In this document: positions 37,101-46,203 of the stretch, one piece after another
How the letters are laid out: every line of letters starts with the position of its first letter
How positions within the stretch are numbered: position 1 is the first letter of the stretch
NCBI GenBank assembly: GCA_963735035.1
Contig: CAVTJJ010000004.1
Location: 1,088,001 to 1,152,000 of the forward strand
DNA: 64,000 nucleotides
Source: an uncultured candidate division Zixibacteria bacterium
Lineage (GTDB): Bacteria; Zixibacteria; MSB-5A5; GN15; FEB-12
Reading direction: 5' to 3'
Translations under genes and position numbers: made by a program
The notes under the pieces: model-generated
The model's input: the letters and a program-made list of their open reading frames with translations, nothing else
Told to the model about the DNA's origin: nothing
The model's database searches: none

Positions 37101-37483
37101 TCATAGGATCCGGTAAACGGGACGGCGATACGATTCTTGAAAGGTTCCGTGAACCCGCCGATCCCCTCGCTCAACATGCCTGAGATAATGTTGGTCTGCT
37201 GCATCTCGTTCTGAGAGTTGTAGAGAAACACCGGGACACGATTCTGGAGATTGTAGTTCAATTGGGCCGAGACCTCTTTGTAGGAGGACTCCAATACGTC
37301 AGCGGCGAACTTGGCTACGGAATAGGCGCCCGCGTAGAAATAGATGTCGAAATGGCGCGTCTGGATGTAACTCCACTCGAAGTCACGGTAGCGGACCTTG
37401 TTCTGGCCGAAGTAGGTTTCCTGAGCTCCGACCGTCGCTGCAAACATTACTAACGCTACTACCATCACCAGGACTTTTCGCAT
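34115..37483 (-). CDS. Outer membrane protein: zincin-like peptidase domain + PD40/TolB beta-propeller + Omp85-like barrel
   Basis: Signal peptide; YFGQNKVRY, HHELTH (HExxH) with W..EG.AEY; repeated P.FSPDG/WSPDG; Thr/Asp-rich linker; C-terminal LRG...ELRFP...FTDIGSAW...GFGWGMR...YFSFGADF. Confidence 0.85.
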   Translation of the reverse strand: MRKVLVMVVALVMFAATVGAQETYFGQNKVRYRDFEWSYIQTRHFDIYFYAGAYSVAKFAADVLESSYKEVSAQLNYNLQNRVPVFLYNSQNEMQQTNIISGMLSEGIGGFTEPFKNRIAVPFTGSYEDFRHVLHHELTHAVIHNMLFGTNFSSIISRQRFFDLPTWYSEGYAEYSSNHGWDYNSDMFMRDATINNYLVPPEYLEYNYFAYRQGQAMVKYIADKYGEDKIYKIIQKGKILLTMSKTLKAVLGVEEKDFWEGFSKEMKRRYWPSIATLKEANEVGKQLTKAREDGSYFNEKPAFAPGGEEIAIFTDKSDYTEIVLISPYDGKLIKRLVHAERSGDLESLHAYVSGMSFSPDGNNIVFVAKSNGKESLFFVKVSNGDVYLKRRFNYQNVTDPSWSPDGKMVAFSALDGPTRDIYIYHVDTDQISRITEDRYDDVEPSWLPNSAEIVFSSDRPHPANIVGNKQGHAKTNPADTLLSGDFQYGMYNLFRVNVDGTNLRPVNVGPGQNHQPMVSPDGTRIAFISNRNGIDNIYVGSLDSTRYYAVTDILTGVRHICWAPTGGKIAFSAFYKGAFDIFMLENLVPAGNNGVLAETDFVQGKYNIPEPPKEESQAGPVAKADSTKSGAIAAADSVKVDTVSVITVDTSSVATIIPPQDTALTASTDTSLTDTTSAVAATPPTKTDTTKTETKTGIYNDEFVRVASADEIALDSVLQDVKKDRDSSQANWRRAEPAAFDSIPSRLPSGEYTVNRYKARLTTDFVGGGFTYDTFFGVRGQTVFLFSDYVGDHQVYVATDFVNSLDQSFIQSFYFNNTHRTSLGVGGFHTKNYYVDSYNFLFSDRFYGIQGFASRPFSTFSRLEASLGEVFIDRKYYDRDLGDPRPNRSSRITSVSGSYVFDNVLWGYTAPMNGRRVKFTLDGGNDLFDNNGISFYSAGFDYRKYWHIASTVSMALRFSGGASFGHTPKLYFLGGTTNWLGNRTLEPKVYDVENLYFSDVITPLRGWENYGLSGDRYGLINWELRFPLVQYFAMKYPLPILLSNITGALFTDIGSAWYGDKFKGRVKENGVSRLNDIKTGFGWGMRVNLFGFALLRYDVAWATDFNTVSAHPTHYFSFGADF

Positions 37484-37545
37484 GACACGCAGCCTTTTTT
37501 CAGTTGACGTTTCCTTGACCCGATCGTTCAGGCGAGTCGCCGCGA

Positions 37546-38808
37546 TCAAGCCTTGACTCTCTCAATATCGGCTCCCAGGCGGGCGAACTGTTCCTCGATC
37601 CGGTAATACGCCCGGTCGAGATGATACACGCGTGACAATTCAGACCGGCCGTGGGCAGCCAAACAAGCCAGAGCAATCCCTGCTCCGGCCCTTATATCAG
37701 GTGCCATAACCGCGGCGCCCTGGAGTCGTTCCACGCCGTTTATGATGCCTTCGCCGCCCGAGGCGTTTATGTCGGCGCCCAGACGACGGAATTCCATGGC
37801 ATGGGCGAATCTATCTACGAAAACAGTGTCTCTGATATGAGAGGTTCCCGACGCTACGGCGCAGGCGGCCGATATACAGGCCTGCAAATCGGTCGGAAAT
37901 CCGGGAAAGGGGAAGGCCGTAACGTTGGTTGCGGTCAGTCGTTTCGGGGCTTTGACCACAAAACTCTCTTTGCGATATTCGATCGTACAGCCCATTTCGA
38001 CCAACTTGTGGAACACGACCGTGAGTTGATCGGCCGGGACGCCGGAAATTTCCAGTTGCCCGCCCGTAACTGCTGCGCCAATGGCAAACGTTCCCGCCAC
38101 CAGACGGTCTCCCGATACAGTATAGTCAGTCGCTTTCAGTTTTTTTACCGGTTCAATCGTGATTTCCGGTGTCCCGGCGCCGTAGACCTTGGCTCCGGCG
38201 GCGTTCAGGAAATTGGCCGTGTCGACCACTTCCGGGTCGCAGGCGGCATTCGTGATGATCGTGCGTTTCTTGGCCATCACAGCGCCGTACAGCAAGTTTT
38301 CCGTGCCGGTGTGGGAAGGTTTATCGAAATAGACCGACCCACCTGCCAGTGGTTTCCCCTTGGCGATCACATAGCCGCCCTCTTCGGTGACCGTCGCTCC
38401 GAGAGCCGCGAAGCCTTTTATGTGATAATCGACCGGCCGCGAACCGAGGACACACCCGCCGGGGAGCGATACTCGCGCCTCGCCCAAACGGGCCAGCAGC
38501 GGTCCCAGCACTAGGAACGAGCCCCGCATTTTGCACATCAGGTCGTACGGAGCGGTGGTCTCAGTAAGCTTTTCGGCGTTGATCGTGACAATTCGTGTCT
38601 TGCCGTCGTAGGTCACTTTCGCGCCGATATATTCCAGCATTTTTGACAGGGTATAGATGTCCTGGAGAGGCGGGACATTTCTGATGATCGTTTCCCCTTT
38701 GTCGATGAGCAGGGTGGCGGCGAGAATCGGAAGCGCCGCGTTCTTGGAACCATCAACCTTGATCTTGCCCTTGAGCACCGTTGGGCCGTTAATAACGAAC
38801 TTATCCAT
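37546..38808 (-). CDS. murA: UDP-N-acetylglucosamine 1-carboxyvinyltransferase
   Basis: MDKFVING, GSKNAALP, MRGS, SLPGGCVLGSRPVD (active-site Cys), AACDPEV, PFPGFPTDLQ, DIRAGA, HLDRAY. Confidence 0.96.
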   Translation of the reverse strand: MDKFVINGPTVLKGKIKVDGSKNAALPILAATLLIDKGETIIRNVPPLQDIYTLSKMLEYIGAKVTYDGKTRIVTINAEKLTETTAPYDLMCKMRGSFLVLGPLLARLGEARVSLPGGCVLGSRPVDYHIKGFAALGATVTEEGGYVIAKGKPLAGGSVYFDKPSHTGTENLLYGAVMAKKRTIITNAACDPEVVDTANFLNAAGAKVYGAGTPEITIEPVKKLKATDYTVSGDRLVAGTFAIGAAVTGGQLEISGVPADQLTVVFHKLVEMGCTIEYRKESFVVKAPKRLTATNVTAFPFPGFPTDLQACISAACAVASGTSHIRDTVFVDRFAHAMEFRRLGADINASGGEGIINGVERLQGAAVMAPDIRAGAGIALACLAAHGRSELSRVYHLDRAYYRIEEQFARLGADIERVKA

Positions 38809-39006
38809 GTCGTTCCTTTGTATTGCGAGTGATCGGGAATGTTCCCCGGCGCCGACGAAACTACGCCCGGCAGGCACACCTCCACCCACTAATTTCCCCA
38901 AAAGTGACCACTGGAAGCAAACTAAAGATTAATTGGATGGGCACTGGCGCAACAGAGTTAGGTCGCGTCAATGGAAAAACAATCCCACCGTTGGGTGGGT
39001 ACTGTA

Positions 39007-39570
39007 TCAGGCGGGTGGCTCTTCGGTCACCATCTCGGCGGGTTCATCGACCATTTCAAACGATTCCCGCACCCGGAGGAAGAACTCAATCGCTTCGCCC
39101 TGACAGAAATCAACCACCGTCCACGGGAGCCGCACGAACCGACCGCGCGAATAGACCAGCGCCAGTTCCGCGAAGACCCCGTCGCGAAGGTAGATGCGAT
39201 GGTTGTATTCCCGGTGGGTCGCCATGATGAGGTTGTCGGGGGTCAGAATGCCGGGGTCGATGTTGACCGTGCGAAAAGCGTAGTCCTGGACCAGGTCGCC
39301 GAACTGATTTTCGACTTTATGACAGGCCGCCTTGATTTCCGGCAGCCGGTCGCGCTCGACCAGACGCTCGAACGAATAGAACCGACGTTGCAGGCCGCTT
39401 CCCATTTCTTCGGTGTACTTGTCCGAAGTGTAAGCCAGTTCCATGGTTTCGCACTGGACCCGGCCGAACTGTTTTTCGAGCAACTTGAGCGCGTCGGCGA
39501 GACCGTCGAGGGAGTTGTAGATGATGGAGACGACGAGGCGTCCTTTGGGAGGTTTTTGAATCCGTGCCAT
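39007..39570 (-). CDS. DUF4416 family protein
   Basis: Y.EEMG.GL.RRF.SFE.L, R.VNIDPG, LIMATH..Y.HRIYL..GVFAEL.L.Y, LPWT..D. Confidence 0.8.
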   Translation of the reverse strand: MARIQKPPKGRLVVSIIYNSLDGLADALKLLEKQFGRVQCETMELAYTSDKYTEEMGSGLQRRFYSFERLVERDRLPEIKAACHKVENQFGDLVQDYAFRTVNIDPGILTPDNLIMATHREYNHRIYLRDGVFAELALVYSRGRFVRLPWTVVDFCQGEAIEFFLRVRESFEMVDEPAEMVTEEPPA

Positions 39571-39665
39571 GGGGTGAGAGATACGCGGGGGAGGGGCCGA
39601 TGCGCAACAAAAACTCAGGGTGGAAGCGGATTTTGCGGGGGTGGGGGCAACAAACGATTTCGCCT

Positions 39666-40208
39666 TTATCGGCTCTTCCACTCCGTCCGCACCACCGAAA
39701 ACAACATCAAATCCCGCCAGCGACCACGATGCTTGATCCGTTTGCGTTCCGTCCCCTCATAAGTGAATCCGCACTTCTCCAAGACCCGCACTGACGACCC
39801 ATTCCCCTCGAACACATGCGCCTGAACCCGCATCTGCTTGAGGTCCTTGAATGCTACCCGAAGCGCCAATTTCACTGCTTCGGGCACGATCCCGCGACCA
39901 CGATATGACTGTCCGAGCCAATATCCCAACTCCACACAGCAATGTTTCCGGCTGATAACTTCCAGACCGATCCCGCCGATAAATTCGCCCGTCGACGGGT
40001 CCTCCAGCGCGTAATGATACGCCTCACCTTTGCGCCAGAACTTCGCCGACCGTCGGATAAATTCATGAGCTTCGCCCGGACCGTACGGGTACGGTATGAA
40101 TGTATTGCGAGCGACGGTGATATCGTTGGCGTGGCGGGCGATGTCGATGAAATCGGTGTGTCGAATCCGTCGAAGATTGACCAGGTGTCCCTGTACTTGC
40201 TCGATCAT
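39666..40208 (-). CDS. GNAT family N-acetyltransferase (RimJ/RimL-like)
   Basis: IPYPY, FIGGIGL, ELGYWLG...GRGI..EA, N..S.RVLEKCGF.YEG. Confidence 0.88.
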   Translation of the reverse strand: MIEQVQGHLVNLRRIRHTDFIDIARHANDITVARNTFIPYPYGPGEAHEFIRRSAKFWRKGEAYHYALEDPSTGEFIGGIGLEVISRKHCCVELGYWLGQSYRGRGIVPEAVKLALRVAFKDLKQMRVQAHVFEGNGSSVRVLEKCGFTYEGTERKRIKHRGRWRDLMLFSVVRTEWKSR

Positions 40209-40327
40209 GGGGTCTATGATATTGCGCAGTTTGTTTCACGGCAAGGCACAAAACGGTGTGCCGTCGGGCTGCGCTATCCGTGGGCGGCACACGTCCTAGT
40301 TCGTACCGTGCCCCTTCTCTTTTGATC

Positions 40328-40680
40328 GGCAGGGTTCCAACCCTGCCGCACGTTTTCCGGCAGGCGCTGAGGCCTGCCGATTGAAATAGATGCGGTGTCG
40401 GGTTGCTCACGCCTCGCTTCGCGAAGCGTTCGTGAACCCGAATTACCAATTCATCGACCGCGGTCAGGCAGAGGCGCCTGGCTGCACACGAGCCGGCAGA
40501 TGTGGGCATCTGCCGGGCACGGCACTATGGGTGCCCCGCCTGAAGCGGGGCAAGACAGAAAAGGTCCATGACGAGGTGCCGTCGGGCGTCTCTGCCCGAC
40601 GGTTGGTGACAGGTCATCTGCGGTCAGGCAGAGGCACCTGGCTGCACAAGAGCCGGCAGATGTGGACATCTGCCGGGCAC
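40328..40680. repeat. REP/BIME-like mosaic with a 61-nt direct repeat
   Basis: 40460-40520 and 40620-40680 differ at 3 positions (GCGGTCAGGCAGAGGCRCCTGGCTGCACAMGAGCCGGCAGATGTGGRCATCTGCCGGGCAC). Extra hairpins at 40328 (GGCAGGGTT/AACCCTGCC), 40357 and 40579 (CCGTCGGGC/GCCCGACGG). Confidence 0.8.
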
Positions 40681-40809
40681 ATTCACGGCATGCAGGGCGA
40701 TGCCTGCGAGACTCCTGACCGTACGATACCCACCCAAAACGACCGTTTGACTAAGGCCCACCATTCCCCGTATATTCCACGGCGTAACAAGGTTACCAAG
40801 GAGCCAGGA

Positions 40810-42466
40810 ATGCCGCCGAAATCCGTCAAAGCTGCGCGAGGTCTCAAGATCTCCTGTAAGGGTTGGGCCCAGGAAGCCGCCCTCCGCATGCTTAATAACA
40901 ATCTCGACGCCGAAGTCGCCGAAAAGCCAAAAGAACTGATCATCTACGGCGGTTCCGGCAAAGCGGCCCGCAACTGGCAGTGCTACGACGCCATCGTCAA
41001 GTCGCTCAAGTCGCTCGGTAACGACGAAACGTTGCTGGTACAATCCGGCAAACCGGTTGGCATTTTTCGTACGCACGAGTACGCTCCCCGCGTTTTGATT
41101 GCCAACTCGCATCTGGTACCGAAATGGGCGACCTGGGAGAACTTTCGCGACCTTGAAGACCGAGGGCTGATCATGTACGGCCAGATGACCGCCGGAAGCT
41201 GGATTTACATTGGCACCCAGGGGATTATCCAGGGGACCTACGAGACCTTCGCCGCCATCGCCGACCAGCATTTCAAAGGTGACCTGACCGGACGCTGGAT
41301 CCTGACCGGTGGTATGGGGGGGATGGGTGGCGCCCAGCCGCTCGCAGGCACCATGGCGGGAGCATCGATCTTGTGTGTCGAAGTCGATGAAGCGCGGATC
41401 GACCGTCGCGTCAAAATCGGTTATTGCGACATCAAAGTGAAAGCGCTGGACAAAGCCCTCAAGCTGGTCAAAGAGCACGCCAAATCAGGCGAGCCGATCT
41501 CAATTGGTCTGGTAGGCAATTGCGCTGAAATATTCCCAGAAATCTACCGTCGTGGGATTATTCCCGACATCGTCACCGATCAAACTTCGGCCCACGATGA
41601 ACTAAACGGTTACGTTCCCGAACGATTGACAATTCAAGAGGCCGGGCATCTTCGCAAGAACAATCCCAAAGGGTATATCGCACGTTCCTTCGAGTCGATG
41701 GTCAAACATTGCGACGCGATGGTGAAGTTTCTTCGGGCCGGTTCGATCGTATTCGACTACGGCAACAACCTGCGCGGACAGGCGGAAACCGGTGGCTTGA
41801 AGACCGCTTTTTCGTACCCCGGTTTTGTCCCGGCGTATGTTCGCCCGTTATTTTGCGAAGGTCGCGGCCCGTTCCGCTGGGTGGCGTTGTCGGGCGATCC
41901 CAAAGATATAGCCGTTACCGACGAGAGTCATCCTGTCGACTTTCAAGAAGAACAAGTCACTTGTTCGCTGGATAAACAAGGCGCGCGAACGGATTCCGTT
42001 CCAGGGCCTTCCGGCTCGCGTCTGCTGGCTCGGTTACGGCGAGCGGGCAGAGTTCGGTGACATTATCAACACGTATGTCAAGAACGGCAAGATTTCGGCT
42101 CCGGTTGTCATCGGCCGGGACCATCTCGATTGCGGCTCGGTGGCGTCGCCGTATCGCGAGACCGAGGGCATGCTCGACGGTTCCGATGCTATCGCCGACT
42201 GGCCGCTCCTTAACGGCCTGCTCAACACGGCGTCGGGGGCAAGTTGGGTGTCGATACACCACGGCGGCGGAGTCGGGATTGGTCTGTCGATTCATGCCGG
42301 AATGGTGATTGTCGCCGACGGCACGAAAGAGATGGGGGATCGACTCAACCGGGTGCTGACTAACGATCCGGGAACGGGTGTGATGCGCCATGCCGACGCC
42401 GGATACAAAGACGCCCGGGCGTTCGCTAAGAAGCACAAAGTGAAGATCCCGATGGCGGGAAAGTAG
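40810..42466 (+). CDS. hutU: Urocanate hydratase (apparent +1 frameshift near 41925)
   Basis: [67 protein letters not shown]; next frame continues [16 protein letters not shown]...[18 protein letters not shown]...HHGGGVGIG...RHADAGY. Confidence 0.93.
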
Positions 42467-42490
42467 CCGCTCAGTCAGCAATCTGTTCGG

Positions 42491-42576
42491 GTGGCTGGTG
42501 GACGTCCTCGTCCACCAGCTTCGGGCGTGAAGAAGCGGAGCCATGGTGTTGGCGCACGAGGACGTACGCCAACCAC
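42491..42576. repeat. Inverted REP doublet (REPIN-like)
   Basis: GTGGCTGGTGGACGTCCTCGTCCACCAGC (identical to 23278-23306) faces an inverted relative, minus-strand GTGGTTGGCGTACGTCCTCGTGCGCCAAC; both share the core ACGTCCTCGT. Confidence 0.8.
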
Positions 42577-42653
42577 GTCAGTGGCGTAGCGGCAGGTAAC
42601 TTGCCGCTCCAGTTTATGTTTGACCCTTTGCACTATCGCCGTATATTCCCCCA

Positions 42654-43922
42654 ATGCCACGTGAGAAGAAAGCCACACTCTTAATCAATAATATCGGTCA
42701 GTTGATTACCATGGCCGGACCGGTACCGCGCACCGGCGCTTCCATGAACGACCTGGGTCTGTTCGAAAACGGCGGCGTGGCGGTAGCCGGCGAAGAAATC
42801 CTGGCGGCCGGACCCTGGGAAGAAGTCCAGGGGAAGGTCCAGCTTTCGGAAGGGTGTCGAGTAATTGATGCCGGCGGGGGATTGGTGACGCCCGGTCTGA
42901 TCGACCCGCACACGCATCCGGTTTTTGCCCGCACCCGCGAGCGGGAATTCGAGATGCGGGCCCAGGGCAAGTCGTACATGGAAATCGCGCAGAGCGGCGG
43001 TGGTATTCGGTCCTCGGTCCGCGATTTGCGCGCTGCCGATTCGGAGACACTCAGGAAACACACCCGGCAGGTTCTCGACCGCATGCTGGCTCACGGCATC
43101 ACGACGGTCGAAGCAAAATCCGGCTACGGTTTGTCACTCGAGGCTGAAGTCAAATCACTCGAAGTAATTCGCGATCTCAACCAGGTACACCCCATCGATC
43201 TGGTCCCGACTTTTCTCGGCGCCCACGAAGTTCCCGACGAATATCGCAAAGACCGCGAAGAGTACATCCGCATTATTGTCGAAGAAATGATTCCGGCGGT
43301 CGCCAAGCAGGAACTGGCCGAGTACTCGGATATCTTCTGCGAAGTCGGCGTGTACAGTGTCGAAGAATCACGGGGTATCCAGCAGGCGGCACTCGATGCC
43401 GGTCTGAAACTCCGTTTTCACGCCGATGAGTTGGCCGGTACGGGCGGTTCCGAGTTGGCCGCCGAGATGGGCGCGACTTCGGCCGACCATATTGTCTATA
43501 TTTCTGATGTTGGCATTAAAGCTCTGGCCCAGTCGGGTACAGTTGCGGTACTGCTTCCGGGGACGACTTTTTCACTGGGCGGGACCAAATACGCGCCGGC
43601 CCGAAAGCTGATAGAGGCCGGGGCGACCGTGGCGTTGTCCACCGATTGCAACCCGGGTTCAAGCTATACTGAATCGCTGGCAATCATAATCTCGCTGGCG
43701 GTGCTGCAATTGAAAATGACCACGGCCGAGGCATTGTCCGCCGTGACCGTCAACGCGGCCGCCGCGGTCGACCGGGCCGGCAAGATCGGCCGTCTCGTGC
43801 CGGGGCTCCTGGCCGATCTGGTCGTCTGGGACATGGCCGATTATCGGGAACTCCCGTATCATTACGGTGTCAACCTGGTTTCGAAAGTCGTCAAACGGGG
43901 CAAGGTTGTGGTCGAGCTCTGA
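42654..43922 (+). CDS. hutI: Imidazolonepropionase
   Basis: PGLIDPHTHPVF, SYMEIA..GGGI, EAKSGYGL, TFLGAH, DIFCE, HADEL, SADH, STDCNPGSS. Confidence 0.95.
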   Translation: MPREKKATLLINNIGQLITMAGPVPRTGASMNDLGLFENGGVAVAGEEILAAGPWEEVQGKVQLSEGCRVIDAGGGLVTPGLIDPHTHPVFARTREREFEMRAQGKSYMEIAQSGGGIRSSVRDLRAADSETLRKHTRQVLDRMLAHGITTVEAKSGYGLSLEAEVKSLEVIRDLNQVHPIDLVPTFLGAHEVPDEYRKDREEYIRIIVEEMIPAVAKQELAEYSDIFCEVGVYSVEESRGIQQAALDAGLKLRFHADELAGTGGSELAAEMGATSADHIVYISDVGIKALAQSGTVAVLLPGTTFSLGGTKYAPARKLIEAGATVALSTDCNPGSSYTESLAIIISLAVLQLKMTTAEALSAVTVNAAAAVDRAGKIGRLVPGLLADLVVWDMADYRELPYHYGVNLVSKVVKRGKVVVEL

Positions 43923-43964
43923 ACGACGGAACGTGAACGCGGCTCGCGGGTTTAAGATATAACG

Positions 43965-44465
43965 ATGCGCACTTACCGAGGAGTCATCATGACGGTGTTG
44001 GTACTGGCTTCGAGCCTGATGCCGGTAGCCTGTGGGGTGTACTCTTTCAATTCCAGGGGCAAATCCGATACCTCGACTTTGGCCGTTGAGCCGTTCGAAA
44101 ACCAGACCACCCAGTACGATCTGGCCGACCGGATGACCGAGGCCGTGGTGGATGCTTTCATCACCGACGGCACCATGAAGGTCGTCCCTCCGGATGTAGC
44201 GCAAGCGCTGCTGGTGGGCAAGCTGACGCGGTATGAGCGGGTGGCCCACGAGTTTGACCAGAACGATCAGGTTTCGAAATACAAAGTCATTGTCGGGGTT
44301 GATGTCGCGCTCAAGAACCCCAAAGATCAAAGCGATATCTGGACGATTCAATTGACGCTGGACGGAATTTACGACGCCGTAAGTCAGACCGAAGAAGATG
44401 GACAGCTGCTGGTGGCCGGGCAGCTAGTCGAGGCGGTTTTGAACAAAACGACCAAATCTTGGTGA
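43965..44465 (+). CDS. lptE: LptE-family lipoprotein
   Basis: Lipobox VAC-GVYSF; TLAVEPFENQT, LADRMTEAV, A.LL.GKLT.Y; C-terminal W typical of FCB-type LptE. Confidence 0.7.
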   Translation: MRTYRGVIMTVLVLASSLMPVACGVYSFNSRGKSDTSTLAVEPFENQTTQYDLADRMTEAVVDAFITDGTMKVVPPDVAQALLVGKLTRYERVAHEFDQNDQVSKYKVIVGVDVALKNPKDQSDIWTIQLTLDGIYDAVSQTEEDGQLLVAGQLVEAVLNKTTKSW

Positions 44466-44537
44466 GGAGAAAGTCGATCGAATCCAATTGCTATCGGTGA
44501 AACGACTTGATATCCTAACTCAGGAGCGACGACAAAG

Positions 44538-45496
44538 ATGCAGATTTCCAGATTGAATATGGCGGTTCTGTTGACCGTTCTCACCCTGATCAACGGTGCC
44601 CGCGATGGTATACGGCAAGACCATCAATTCCGGCGCCGGGACCAGTGCGTTTCTCGTTCTTGAAAATCAATGTGGGCGCGCGCTCGGTGGCCATGGGGGG
44701 CGCGTTCACCGGTCTGGCCGACGATGAAACGTCGCTGTACTACAATCCGGCCGGCATAATTTCGTTTGAAGAGTCCCGGTTCATCGCCGAGTACAACAGT
44801 TACATTGCCGATCTTCAGTCAGGTTTCGCCGGATATATTCATCCTATTTCCGACAGCAAGGCGATCGGTTTGCAGATTTCATATCTGAATTACGGCGACT
44901 TCATTCAGACCGATCGTTCCGGCAATATCGAAGGTACTTTCGGGGGCGGCGATCTGATGGTGGCCGGAAGTTTTGCTTTCCGTCACGGCTATTACTTTTC
45001 CGCCGGAGCGACCGCGAAGTTGATATACGAGAAGATTCAGGATTTTTCGTCCACAGGCATAGCAATGGACCTGGGGCTGCGATATGCCGGTGATCGCAAT
45101 CGATACTCCGCCGGTCTCATGATTCAGAATATCGGCTCCCAGTTGTCCAGTCTGGGGACCGGCGAAAGCGACGCGTTGCCGACTACCGTTCGTATCGGTG
45201 GCTCAGCTCGGCCGCCCGGATTAAATACCGTCTTTACGAGTGATTTGATTCTGCCGTTCGACAACGATGCCCTGGTGGCGGTCGGCGCCGAATATTTCAA
45301 GCTCGATCCGCTCTTTCTTCGAATGGGCTGGAACAGTTTTGGTTCCAACTACCGGACTCAGTATGCCAGCGCCGGTGCGGCGGGAATGTCATTTGGTATC
45401 GGTCTTCGCTATCGGACCATGCAATTTTCCTACGCCTTTTCACCGGCGGCCGATTTGGGTGATTCTCACCGTGTGACTCTCACCGGAGGATTCTAG
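44538..45496 (+). CDS. PorV/PorQ-family beta-barrel protein (two apparent +1 frameshifts, ~44594 and ~44652)
   Basis: Repaired N-terminus MQISRLNMAVLLTVLTLI-TVPAMVYGKTINSGAGTSAF-SFLKINVGARSVAMGGAF...YYNPAG...LNYGD...DLGL...LPTTVRIG...DLGDSHRVTL. Confidence 0.8.
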
Positions 45497-45499
45497 GCG

Positions 45500-45968
45500 A
45501 TGTTTCGCGTGAACACTGTTTCAGCAATTACGCTGCTCGGTTTGATCGTCATCGGGCTGCTAGCCAATGGTTGTGGCGGTGGTGTCCGATATGACTGACC
45601 CTCGTAAGGTAGTAATTTCCTTGTTCGGCGCCATGGAGAAGAACGACGAAGCTGCATTGACACATCTTCTGGACTTGCCGGAGTTGATGCGTAACAGCCA
45701 GAAAGATTACGCCATTCAGCAGGACCAGGCCCGTGTTTTTACCAATCCTGAAGAAATTCTCAAAGACCTGACCGGTGATGGTGAGACGAAAAAAGTCTGG
45801 TTCGCTCATCAGCGGATTGTCGCCAATTCACGCATTACCGGCGAGACCGCCTCGGTGGAAGTTACTTTCATCGACAAGGCAGCTTCGCGCGGATATCGTA
45901 CCCTGTTCGGGTTGCACCTCAAGAACGGCGAATGGCGCATCTACTCGTTCAAGACGGTATCTGAATAG
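45500..45968 (+). CDS. Small lipoprotein, NTF2/DUF4878-like (apparent +1 frameshift near 45585)
   Basis: ATG 45500 gives signal MFRVNTVSAITLLGLIVIGLLANGC; next frame continues SDMTDPRKVV...GETASVEVTF...L.LKNGEWRI. Confidence 0.6.
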
Positions 45969-46090
45969 AACAACTACCCGCCGATCTTCAGCAAACGTCA
46001 CAATAATCCGGCTCTGAGGACGAGTTCTTGGGCGCATCCTTTATCCCCTGAACTCATACCAACTCCGCTTTTGGGCCGCCCAACAAGCTA

Positions 46091-46119
46091 TTGACTTCGG
46101 GGGGCGAAGAGCCTACCAT
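46091..46119 (+). promoter_or_regulatory. sigma70 promoter of the aspS operon
   Basis: TTGACT-17 nt-TACCAT. Confidence 0.6.
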
Positions 46120-46203
46120 ACCCGGCGCTATGAGCAAGTCGTGTGCGGCCTCAATCTTTGGCGAAATCGGCCGATAAACCTATAAATTACAGGAAGTTAA
46201 GGC

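Noticed and set aside
40460..40680. Direct repeats as a CRISPR array
   Set aside because: Only two 61-nt units with a ~100-nt hairpin-rich gap, no cas genes, and the same palindrome is dispersed elsewhere; fits REP/BIME.
40390..40809. N-terminal extension of hutU in the ORF track
   Set aside because: It runs through REP repeats; a promoter (TTGACT-18-TATATT, 40747-40776) and AGGAG precede ATG 40810.
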